DNA from: a virus
DNA length: 64,000 nt
IMG/VR virus record: IMGVR_UViG_3300035682_000017
Span: 1 to 64,000 of that record
Reading direction: 5' to 3' (one strand)
Position 1 is the first letter of the stretch. Each line of letters begins with the position of its first letter. A program made the translations under genes and the position numbers. This document shows, one piece after another, positions 6,893 through 14,795 of the stretch. Under the pieces are notes generated by a model, which saw nothing but the letters and a program-made list of their open reading frames with translations, was not told where the DNA came from and did not search any database.

Positions 6893-7513
6893 ATGGGAAA
6901 GTTTGTTAAGAAACCGGTAATCATTGAAGCAGTACAATGGACAGGAGAAAATAAGTTAGAAATTTCTGAATTTGTTCAAGACTCTGAAAGAAGATATGAC
7001 TTCAAAGGAGATGCTTTATTCATTCATACTCTTGAGGGATCTATGCGTGCAAGCAAAGGTGATTACATTATCAAAGGAATTGAGGGTGAATTTTATCCTT
7101 GTAAGCCGGAAATCTTTGAGAAGACTTATGCGAATGAAAATGAAATTGGTAATTTATCTGATGGATACCATACATACAATGAGTTATACAATTTCAGAAA
7201 AATGTATAATGCTGCATTGTTTAATGAGTGGGGTAAAGATAGAGTGCAACATCCTCATTGGTGGAAAGAAGGAAGACCTTTCTATTCATACAAGTATGAT
7301 GTGCATAAATCCAAAAGACATCATAATGGTGAGTTATGTTTTGGTGGTGGTTGGTTCGTGGTTAGTGCTACGCTTCCTACAGGTCAAATTACTAATCATT
7401 ATGAAATGAAAGATTGGGATTTATTCCAAATACCAGAAGAACCAAAAGCAATGTATGAGTTTGATGGTCACACCGGAGAAGATGTATTAGAAAGATTAAA
7501 AGTTTTAAATTAA
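6893..7513 (+). CDS. Two-domain fusion: PGDYG-like N-domain + WDGH-like C-domain
   Basis: N: [11 protein letters not shown]...TLEG...[23 protein letters not shown]: [11 protein letters not shown]...HKSKRHHNG...GQITNHY...FDGHT. Confidence 0.7.
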   Translation: MGKFVKKPVIIEAVQWTGENKLEISEFVQDSERRYDFKGDALFIHTLEGSMRASKGDYIIKGIEGEFYPCKPEIFEKTYANENEIGNLSDGYHTYNELYNFRKMYNAALFNEWGKDRVQHPHWWKEGRPFYSYKYDVHKSKRHHNGELCFGGGWFVVSATLPTGQITNHYEMKDWDLFQIPEEPKAMYEFDGHTGEDVLERLKVLN

Positions 7514-7518
7514 GCATA

Positions 7519-7602
7519 ATGGGTAAAACAGGTAACAAAGCAAAAATAGAAGCACTCAAGGGATGGCTTTTAAGTTTAGTAACAATTAAAAAAGGTAAGT
7601 AA
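7519..7602 (+). CDS. 27-aa basic micro-protein
   Basis: MGKTGNKAKIEALKGWLLSLVTIKKGK*; TAATG coupling to the next gene. Confidence 0.45.
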   Translation: MGKTGNKAKIEALKGWLLSLVTIKKGK

Positions 7603-7856
7603 TGGAAGAAATCACAACAGAAAGAAAATTGTCCTTTGGTGAACAATTGGTAGGATTGAATTTCAATCCATCCGCAGATGACAAAGTAGCACAAGCTAAA
7701 GCATTGTTTGCAAAAGCAGCAGATCTTCTTGAAGAAGAATATCGCGCTAAAAATTTAGCAGCTAACCCAATGCATACAATGATGTATGAAAATGCAATCG
7801 GTGAAGTATTGAATGCACAAATGAACACAGTAAAAATATTAACCCTTAATTATTAA
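7602..7856 (+). CDS. Acb2/Tad1-like helical hairpin protein (putative)
   Basis: FGEQLVGLNFNPS..DKV..K...A...AQM.TVK pattern; all-helical, 84 aa. Confidence 0.55.
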   Translation: MEEITTERKLSFGEQLVGLNFNPSADDKVAQAKALFAKAADLLEEEYRAKNLAANPMHTMMYENAIGEVLNAQMNTVKILTLNY

Positions 7857-7859
7857 ATT

Positions 7860-8141
7860 ATGAAATTTTTAGGTAAAGTGGTTGTTTTAGAGAAACCACA
7901 CATTGAAAGCAAACCATCTGGAATTGAATTAGGACCAGAAGCAAAACAACAACTTGAAGACAGCATTGTTAAAAAGTTTAGTAAACTTAAAGTGTATGGA
8001 GTTGGTGAAATGGTAGAAAGAATTAAAACTGCAGACTTTGTTTTAGTTACTCCAAAATCTCTTTCTTATGCTGATACATTTGAAATTGATAATGTCATTT
8101 ACTATATTGTTCCAGAAAATCAAGTTGTGGCAATACATTAA
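7860..8141 (+). CDS. GroES/Cpn10-like co-chaperonin
   Basis: SGIEL mobile loop, VYGVG..V..IK..D.V, and C-terminal IDNVIYYIVPENQVVAI; 93 aa. Confidence 0.7.
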   Translation: MKFLGKVVVLEKPHIESKPSGIELGPEAKQQLEDSIVKKFSKLKVYGVGEMVERIKTADFVLVTPKSLSYADTFEIDNVIYYIVPENQVVAIH

Positions 8142-8161
8142 ACTAAAATTTTATTAATTTT

Positions 8162-8189
8162 AACCCTTACTAACCAGTAAGGGTTTTTT
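8162..8189 (+). terminator. Intrinsic terminator
   Basis: AACCCTTACT-aacc-AGTAAGGGTT followed by a T run. Confidence 0.85.
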
Positions 8190-8207
8190 ATTTTCAATTA
8201 TTTTTTG

Positions 8208-8214
8208 TATATTA
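8208..8214 (+). promoter_or_regulatory. Putative late promoter element TATATTA
   Basis: The same heptamer precedes operon starts at 19873, 26297, 29212, 40169 and 47234. Confidence 0.55.
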
Positions 8215-8234
8215 TAGTATAAAGCTGAATTATT

Positions 8235-8480
8235 ATGACACACGCGGAATATGAACATAGAGTATTAAGTTTGTTAGGGAAACAAACTTCCAGGTTGTTA
8301 GAGATGCAAAATTTACCAGGATATGTTAGAGAATTTACGTATTCAGGATCAACCTCAAATATTATTGAGATAAAACATTATTCTACAAGTGATAATTTAA
8401 TTGCTCCAGTTGTTGAAACAATTGAATATCAAAATGCAACAGTTGAAGGATCAAGAGTTACTAAAATTACAATTTCTTAA
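8235..8480 (+). CDS. Hypothetical virion-associated protein
   Basis: 81-aa ORF heading the fibre/lysis operon. Confidence 0.7.
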   Translation: MTHAEYEHRVLSLLGKQTSRLLEMQNLPGYVREFTYSGSTSNIIEIKHYSTSDNLIAPVVETIEYQNATVEGSRVTKITIS

Positions 8481-8482
8481 TT

Positions 8483-10246
8483 ATGCCTTATAAATTAAAT
8501 CCCATAACTGGTAAGTTAGATTACTACGAAGCACCAGGTTCTGGCAGTGGTGCAAATTTAGCTTACACTGCATCTCCAACAACTGGTGTGGTTGTTTCTG
8601 ATTCAGGAACTGATGCTACTATTCCGTTAGCTTCTTCTGTAAATGCAGGTTTATTTTCACCAGCTGAAAAAACTAAACTTGCTATTGCTCTTGTTGAAGA
8701 AGGTATTAATTATAGAGGGGATTATGATAATGGTGCTTCTTATGGTTATGAACAGGTAGTAAGTATTCCGGCAGGAAGTCCTTACGGATTACCTGGACAA
8801 TTATTTATAAGAGTATCTAATCCTAATAACCCTGGGTATCCTCCAGGAACATCATCTTGGGAACTTTATGATATTTATACTGGTTCACCTGCTTTTGATG
8901 CTTGGGTTAGAAGTGTTTTAGGAACTAAAGTTACTGTAGAAGAGGGTAAAGGTTTATCAACTGAAGATTATACTACAGTAGAACAAACAAAACTTGCAGG
9001 TATTGCTGTAGGTGCTGAAGTAAATGTTAATCCAGATTGGAATGCAACTACAGGAGATGCAGAGATACTAAACAAACCATCAAGTCTTCCTACAGCAAAT
9101 GTTAAACACTCTGTAAAATATGCAGAAGCCTTAACTATTGGACAAGCTGTTTATGTAAGTGGTACTAGTGGAACTAACATGCTTGTTTCTAAAGCAAGTA
9201 ATACTTCAGAAGCCACTTCATCAAAAACATTAGGATTAGTTACTGTATCAGGTGCAGCTAATTATCAAGGAGAAGTTATTACAGAAGGTTTATTAGCTGG
9301 ATTAAATACTTCTACAGCTACTGATGGGGATGCTGTATGGCTTGGAACTGATGGTAATCTAATTTTCTGGCATTATGGTTTAACAACTAAACCAGTTGCA
9401 CCTGCTCATCTTGTATTCATTGGTGTTGTAACAAGAGTAAGTGCTACAGTTGGAGAAATTTTTGTAAAACCACAAAATGGATTTGAGATTGATGAACTTC
9501 ATGATGTTCTTATCACAAATCCTGCAAATGATGAAGTAATAGCTTTTGATTTAGCTACAGGTTTATGGAAAAATAAAACAATTGCTGGAGGAAGTGGAGA
9601 AAAATCGGGATCTATATTATCTACAGCAAGAAGTTTACCATTTAGAATGGGAACTAATATAACTACTTATCGTTCAGCTTCTGGTGTAGGTAGTACAGTA
9701 GTTTCTTCTACTACATTTGCTGGTGAGTCAACTCATTACTTTCCTATATCTCTTAAAGAAGGTTCTCCTGTAAACGCAGCTGCATTTAGAGTAAATTCAG
9801 CAGGATCTGGAGGGCTTGGTACAGCAGAAATAGAAGTTGGTATTTATAATTCAACAACAAATGCAAATGGAGAATTAATACCTGGAACACTAGAAGTTCA
9901 ATTTGGTAAAGTTTCTGTATTATCAACTGGTGTTAAAGAAGCTGTTTTAGCTAGTCCTTACACACTAGGATCAACAGTAGATAATATTTATTTTATTGCT
10001 TTTAGAAGTTATTCTACCAACTCTACATCATTAAATATTTATTCTACAAGTGATGTTCTTTCATCTTGGATTGGTATATCATCTTCATCAGCTCTTGTTA
10101 AACTAGGCATGTTTATAGCAACTACTCCATATACTGCGCCAACAGGATTACCTGCAAGTTTACCGGTTACAGGCGGTGTAGGTTTTACACAAAGTGCAAC
10201 TGTAGCTGGTTATACAGTTAACCAATTATTAATAGGACTTAGATAA
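8483..10246 (+). CDS. Fibre / receptor-binding-like structural protein
   Basis: MPYKLNPITGKLD anchor, GKGLSTEDYT...DWNATTGDAEILNKP fibre repeat, G/S/T-rich beta domains. Confidence 0.7.
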   Translation: MPYKLNPITGKLDYYEAPGSGSGANLAYTASPTTGVVVSDSGTDATIPLASSVNAGLFSPAEKTKLAIALVEEGINYRGDYDNGASYGYEQVVSIPAGSPYGLPGQLFIRVSNPNNPGYPPGTSSWELYDIYTGSPAFDAWVRSVLGTKVTVEEGKGLSTEDYTTVEQTKLAGIAVGAEVNVNPDWNATTGDAEILNKPSSLPTANVKHSVKYAEALTIGQAVYVSGTSGTNMLVSKASNTSEATSSKTLGLVTVSGAANYQGEVITEGLLAGLNTSTATDGDAVWLGTDGNLIFWHYGLTTKPVAPAHLVFIGVVTRVSATVGEIFVKPQNGFEIDELHDVLITNPANDEVIAFDLATGLWKNKTIAGGSGEKSGSILSTARSLPFRMGTNITTYRSASGVGSTVVSSTTFAGESTHYFPISLKEGSPVNAAAFRVNSAGSGGLGTAEIEVGIYNSTTNANGELIPGTLEVQFGKVSVLSTGVKEAVLASPYTLGSTVDNIYFIAFRSYSTNSTSLNIYSTSDVLSSWIGISSSSALVKLGMFIATTPYTAPTGLPASLPVTGGVGFTQSATVAGYTVNQLLIGLR

Positions 10247-10256
10247 AACTAAAAAT

Positions 10257-10631
10257 ATGACTCAAACAGAAAACATAGAAGTATATCAAGATGGTCAACT
10301 AATTAGTAGTGATCAGATTCAATATACAAATGAAGATATTATTAGATTTGAAACTGAAAAATATCTTAGTCGAAAAATTGATGGAGAAAAAACATTTTTA
10401 GCATTTGCTGCAGATTTAAGATTAAAAAAATTAAATGCTGTAATTACAAGTGTTGAATTTGATCAAATTGAAGAATTGTTAGTTCCAGTTAGAACTGAAA
10501 TTACATTAGGTCAATGGAAAACTGCATTAAAAAAACTTCAGGAAATTAATCCTGTTTCAATTGGTGAAGAATTGTATAGTAAAATCGAAACAACAATTTC
10601 AGATTATATTTTACAAAACTATCAACCTTAG
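10257..10631 (+). CDS. Hypothetical protein, possible fibre assembly chaperone
   Basis: 124 aa directly after the fibre gene; function inferred from position only. Confidence 0.6.
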   Translation: MTQTENIEVYQDGQLISSDQIQYTNEDIIRFETEKYLSRKIDGEKTFLAFAADLRLKKLNAVITSVEFDQIEELLVPVRTEITLGQWKTALKKLQEINPVSIGEELYSKIETTISDYILQNYQP

Positions 10632-10654
10632 TAATAAATTTTAAAAATAATTAC

Positions 10655-10879
10655 ATGAAAACCGCTAAAGAAGTTAAAAAAAGATGGTTAGCTCCTACTC
10701 CTAAATTTTGGAAAAATGTCCAAAGAATTGGTATATTTGTAGGAGGGTTAGGTTTGGTAGTAGCAGCTCCTCCAGTAGGGTTAGCAGTACTAGGTAGTTA
10801 CATGGTAACAGCTGGTTCAGTTATAGGCATACTATCTCAACTAACAGTTGAAAATAGTACTAATCTTGAAAACCAATAA
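10655..10879 (+). CDS. Holin-like membrane protein
   Basis: RWLAPTPKFWK followed by two hydrophobic helices; upstream of the endolysin-like gene. Confidence 0.7.
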   Translation: MKTAKEVKKRWLAPTPKFWKNVQRIGIFVGGLGLVVAAPPVGLAVLGSYMVTAGSVIGILSQLTVENSTNLENQ

Positions 10880-11208
10880 TGATGGATTTTTTAAATGTAG
10901 TTTTAGGTGTTGCTGTACCATTATTATTAATAATATTTGGAATAATAGGATACTTTTTAAGAACATTACATAGTGATGTAAAAACTTCTATTACAGAACA
11001 AGCTCATAATTATTCCAAGATGTCAGAAGACATTGGAAAATTAAAAGGAAAGATAGAATTGGTAGAACAAGAGGGAAGATTAAAGTACCAATTGGTTACA
11101 GAAACTACTCAACAAGAAATCAAAAATATGGCTAGTAAAATAGGTGAGCTTTCAGACACTGTAGGACAACTAGTAACAGTTCAATTAAGATCTAATAGAC
11201 CAGTTTAA
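10879..11208 (+). CDS. Membrane-anchored coiled-coil protein (lysis cassette)
   Basis: N-terminal TM helix plus heptad coiled coil, between holin and endolysin. Confidence 0.65.
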   Translation: MMDFLNVVLGVAVPLLLIIFGIIGYFLRTLHSDVKTSITEQAHNYSKMSEDIGKLKGKIELVEQEGRLKYQLVTETTQQEIKNMASKIGELSDTVGQLVTVQLRSNRPV

Positions 11209-11209
11209 T

Positions 11210-11815
11210 ATGAATAATGTAAGAATCTATACTGATGTGCAAATACTTGAAAGAATGGCTAGTCTGCCTTCTTTTAAAGGTTATCCTAAAGGAAGACACA
11301 TTGTGGGTGTTAGATCCAATGAGGATGCCGCAAATGTTCCAGATGATAAATTTTATTTTTTTACAGAGAATAAATTTGATACTATGACTACTGGTACTAC
11401 CAATCCTGGTACTCCAGTACTTGAGGGAGGATTCTTAAAATATAACAAAGCTGGAGCTGCTGTAATCAAAGCAGATGAAGTTTATTATAATGTTTGGAAG
11501 TATGGATTACATATGGGTAAAATGCCTGCATTAGTTCAAGTTGGAAAGTTTCTTGGCTTCAGAGATGGAGATAGAGATAAAAAATCTGAAGAGATTGGAC
11601 CATTGCAAACATTTGAATGGTGTGGTATAAATTTCCATACAATGGATTATGATAAACACAGTAAAGCTGTTAAAGAAACTATTGGAAATTGGAGTGCTGG
11701 ATGTCAAGTTGTAAATGCTGTTGAAAAATTCTATCAAGTAATTAATTTGTATAAAGAACAAAATTTAGTTACTTATACATTACTTAATGAGTGGGATCCA
11801 AATGGACAAAAGTAA
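11210..11815 (+). CDS. Putative endolysin with L,D-transpeptidase-like His/Cys motif
   Basis: GINFH...NWSAGCQV (H-x-S-x-G-C arrangement); follows the holin-like genes. Confidence 0.65.
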   Translation: MNNVRIYTDVQILERMASLPSFKGYPKGRHIVGVRSNEDAANVPDDKFYFFTENKFDTMTTGTTNPGTPVLEGGFLKYNKAGAAVIKADEVYYNVWKYGLHMGKMPALVQVGKFLGFRDGDRDKKSEEIGPLQTFEWCGINFHTMDYDKHSKAVKETIGNWSAGCQVVNAVEKFYQVINLYKEQNLVTYTLLNEWDPNGQK

Positions 11816-12104
11816 AAGAAATGGTTTAGCTGGTAAATCCACTGGAAAAAGTGAATCTGCCAAATACTTTGCTTCTAATCCTGAAGCAAGAGCAAAGAAG
11901 AATGCTTACAATAAAACTTATCATGCTACTGATGAAAGAAAAGCATACAGAGCCTCATTGAATAAAGCAAACCGAAACGCTGGTACTTATGGAAATGGTG
12001 ATGGTAAAGATGCATCTCACACAAAATCAGGCAAGTTGGTAAAAGAAGCAGCCTCAAAAAATAGAGCCAGAAATGGTAAAGGAGATAATAAAAGATTAAA
12101 ATAA
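11802..12104 (+). CDS. Basic protein with a minimal HNH-like motif
   Basis: GDGKDASH...SKNRARN; very K/R-rich. Confidence 0.55.
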   Translation: MDKSKRNGLAGKSTGKSESAKYFASNPEARAKKNAYNKTYHATDERKAYRASLNKANRNAGTYGNGDGKDASHTKSGKLVKEAASKNRARNGKGDNKRLK

Positions 12105-12136
12105 AGCGCACCCTATATCATAGAATGATGTAGCTG

Positions 12137-12166
12137 AAGCACTCCAATAGGGGTGCTTTTCTTTTT
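12137..12166 (+). terminator. Intrinsic terminator
   Basis: AAGCACTCC-aata-GGGGTGCTT followed by a T-rich tail. Confidence 0.75.
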
Positions 12167-12194
12167 AAATATAAATTAGTTAAGTTATATTCAT

Positions 12195-12202
12195 TATATT
12201 TG
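12195..12202 (+). promoter_or_regulatory. Bacteroidota -7 promoter element
   Basis: TATATTTG matches TAnnTTTG, upstream of the packaging operon. Confidence 0.65.
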
Positions 12203-12225
12203 TCATAAATAAATATAAATTAGTT

Positions 12226-12459
12226 ATGTCAGAAGAAACCAACCAACCAGAAAGAGAATTTACAAAAGAAGAATTGTTAGAGATTAAAAACAAAACTGTT
12301 GCTTTTTATGAAGAACAAATTCCTTTTTTAAAAAAACAAACTGAATATGAAGAACTTAAAGCTAGAATTGATAAAGCTAGATTTGAAAGTTTTGAAGCTA
12401 GAGTTAAGCATATTCAATTAGAGCATAGTGTTAGAGAAGTAAAAGAAACAGAAGAGTAA
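12226..12459 (+). CDS. Coiled-coil hypothetical protein
   Basis: 77 aa, charged and helical. Confidence 0.75.
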   Translation: MSEETNQPEREFTKEELLEIKNKTVAFYEEQIPFLKKQTEYEELKARIDKARFESFEARVKHIQLEHSVREVKETEE

Positions 12460-12833
12460 TGGCAAAGGCACGAATTATAAATAAACAAGTGCCTATGTCA
12501 ATGTTTGATATTATTAGGTATCAAATTAATATGCACTGTTTTTCTAATAAGATTAGATTAAGTCCGGCACAACAAGACTGTTTAGCATTATTGGGTTTGT
12601 ATGGAGAAATGTTTATTTCAGATTTTTGTGAAGAAACTGTAAATAAAGAGATATTTGGAAATGTACAAACTGCAAGAAACTTTATGGTTAAATGTATTAA
12701 GGATGACTTGGTTGTTAGAAGCGGAATGGGAAATAAAGTCATAAGTCTTAATAAGAATTTAGAGATTCTTACAGATGGAACTATACTCCTTAACTTAAAA
12801 GTTTATCATCATGCTGCCAACGAAAGCAACTAG
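12459..12833 (+). CDS. Putative winged-helix DNA-binding protein
   Basis: LSPAQQDCLALL...NVQTARNFMVKCIKDDLVVR helix-turn-helix-wing pattern. Confidence 0.55.
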   Translation: MAKARIINKQVPMSMFDIIRYQINMHCFSNKIRLSPAQQDCLALLGLYGEMFISDFCEETVNKEIFGNVQTARNFMVKCIKDDLVVRSGMGNKVISLNKNLEILTDGTILLNLKVYHHAANESN

Positions 12834-13206
12834 TTTAATTTCTGATACTGCAAAAGAATTAGGTTTGTCTGAAGAACTTGTTAAAGACGTTGTGGATTTC
12901 TATTACTCTACAGTGATTAAAAAAGTAGAAAGGTTGCAATCCCCAACATTATTACTTCATGGGCTTGGCACTATACGGATGAGTAGAGTTAAGATTAAAA
13001 ACAAAATAGAATTTTTAAAAAAGGTTCTAAATAGTAATGACCAAGAAGATTTTAAAAAAGTTTTAAAATACAATATAACTAAAGACTCTCTTTTGCAATT
13101 TGAAAATGCATTAGAAAATTGTAATAATTATTATCAACCACTTTATGAAAAGCGTAATAAAAATTTGGAAGTCCAAAGGACAGATACTAGAGGGAATAAA
13201 GAATAA
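12811..13206 (+). CDS. HU/IHF-like DNA-binding protein
   Basis: LISDTAKELGLSEELVKDVVDFYY...LLLHGLGTI resembles the HU/IHF N-terminal fold; such genes are usual in crAss-like phages. Confidence 0.65.
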   Translation: MLPTKATSLISDTAKELGLSEELVKDVVDFYYSTVIKKVERLQSPTLLLHGLGTIRMSRVKIKNKIEFLKKVLNSNDQEDFKKVLKYNITKDSLLQFENALENCNNYYQPLYEKRNKNLEVQRTDTRGNKE

Positions 13207-13459
13207 CATATTCAAGACTGATCACATAGAAGAAATTGCTGCAGAAAGATTAGACTTTTGCAAAGGTTGTGTTTTATATGATGGTCATTGTGCAGTAATT
13301 GGAACTGGTCCTTGTTGCGGTAGTTGCGGATGTTCATTAAAATTAAAGATTAGATCTTTATCTTCTGAATGTCCATTACCAGAACCTAAATGGAAAGCAG
13401 TACTTACATTTGAGGAAGAGTACATGTTACAGAAAAAACTAAGAGAAGATGGCAATTAA
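13145..13459 (+). CDS. Cys-rich zinc-binding protein
   Basis: RLDFCKGC...CCGSCGCSLKLK....ECP...KW. Confidence 0.7.
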   Translation: MKSVIKIWKSKGQILEGIKNNIFKTDHIEEIAAERLDFCKGCVLYDGHCAVIGTGPCCGSCGCSLKLKIRSLSSECPLPEPKWKAVLTFEEEYMLQKKLREDGN

Positions 13460-14291
13460 ATTTTATGCAGACACACACAAGTACGTAAGTCTTGACACTG
13501 AAGATCCAATTGAATGGATTAGTGTTACGCGTTTAATACATTTTTTTAAAGAACCCTTTGATGAAATGACAATGTCCGTAGCCTGTTCTAAAGGAAAGAA
13601 TCCAAAGTATGTTGGTAAAACTCCTGAAGAAATTAGAGCAATCTGGAAAGCTGAAAATACACGTGCTGTAACATTAGGTTCTTGGTATCATGATCAACGT
13701 GAACGTGATGTTTTAAGTTGCACCACTATTACTAGAAAAGGAAAAGATTTAACAATCATTAATCCTTTAATGGATGGTGTTGTAAAACTTGCACCAATTC
13801 AACAGTTGGCTGAAGGAATTTATCCTGAACATTTGATTTATTTAAAATCTGTAGGGATTTGTGGTCAAGCGGACAGGGTTGAAATAGTTGAAGATTGTAT
13901 TGATTTGTATGATTACAAAACAAATAAAAAAATAGAAACTGAAGGTTTTAAAAATAAAAAAACTGGAAAGACTAAAAAAATGTTACCACCGTTATCTCAT
14001 TTAGATGACTGCAACTTTAATGATTACGCATTACAGTTAAGCATTTACATGTACATGATGAACAAGCATAATTATAATTTGCAACCAGGGATTATGAGAA
14101 TTGATCATATTGAATTTGAAATTTCTCATTTAGATAAAAATGGGTATCCTGTTTCCAAGTTAGATAAAAATGGAGAACCTGTTGTAAAATCTATCACACC
14201 TTATACAATTCCTTATTTGAAAAAAGAAGTAATTGCATTATTTAATTATGTTCAAACTAATAAAGATAAATTATTAAATCATGGCCATTAA
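13449..14291 (+). CDS. PD-(D/E)XK nuclease
   Basis: SVT...G..H...E...GQAD...DYKT...YALQLSIY motifs. Confidence 0.8.
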   Translation: MAIKFYADTHKYVSLDTEDPIEWISVTRLIHFFKEPFDEMTMSVACSKGKNPKYVGKTPEEIRAIWKAENTRAVTLGSWYHDQRERDVLSCTTITRKGKDLTIINPLMDGVVKLAPIQQLAEGIYPEHLIYLKSVGICGQADRVEIVEDCIDLYDYKTNKKIETEGFKNKKTGKTKKMLPPLSHLDDCNFNDYALQLSIYMYMMNKHNYNLQPGIMRIDHIEFEISHLDKNGYPVSKLDKNGEPVVKSITPYTIPYLKKEVIALFNYVQTNKDKLLNHGH

Positions 14292-14793
14292 ACTATTTGA
14301 ATTAAAAGGAGATAATGTAATTCCTACAGAGCATTGTTATGTTATAGGATACTTAAAAGACATTATTGATAATTACCCTGAAAATCATAAAAAGATTTTA
14401 GCGTACTTATTCTACATGAATTGTAGAAGTGAAGACAACCCTTATTACAATAAACCTCAAGAGGATTTAGACATTGAAATTTTGCGTGATATTCATGCGG
14501 ATTTTGATGTGGAAGATCCTTTGATATTAAAAGCAATGGTTAAAGTAAAAGCATTGTATGAAACTCCTACAGTAAGGGCGTACAATGGTTTTGCTAACAT
14601 GCTTGAAAAACTTGCATTTTATTTAGAAACACAAGACATTACAGATGGTAGAGATGGTAACATTTCTGCTATAGTGCAAGCCGCTAAAAACTTTGACAGT
14701 ATCCGTAAGTCATTTAAAGGTGTTGCAAAAGATTTGGAAGAAGAGCAATCTTCAAGAGCAAGAGGTGGAACCAGATTATCTTATGATGATTAA
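14281..14793 (+). CDS. Putative terminase small subunit
   Basis: 170-aa helical protein immediately upstream of the terminase, ending RARGG..LSYD. Confidence 0.55.
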   Translation: MAIKLFELKGDNVIPTEHCYVIGYLKDIIDNYPENHKKILAYLFYMNCRSEDNPYYNKPQEDLDIEILRDIHADFDVEDPLILKAMVKVKALYETPTVRAYNGFANMLEKLAFYLETQDITDGRDGNISAIVQAAKNFDSIRKSFKGVAKDLEEEQSSRARGGTRLSYDD

Positions 14794-14795
14794 TT

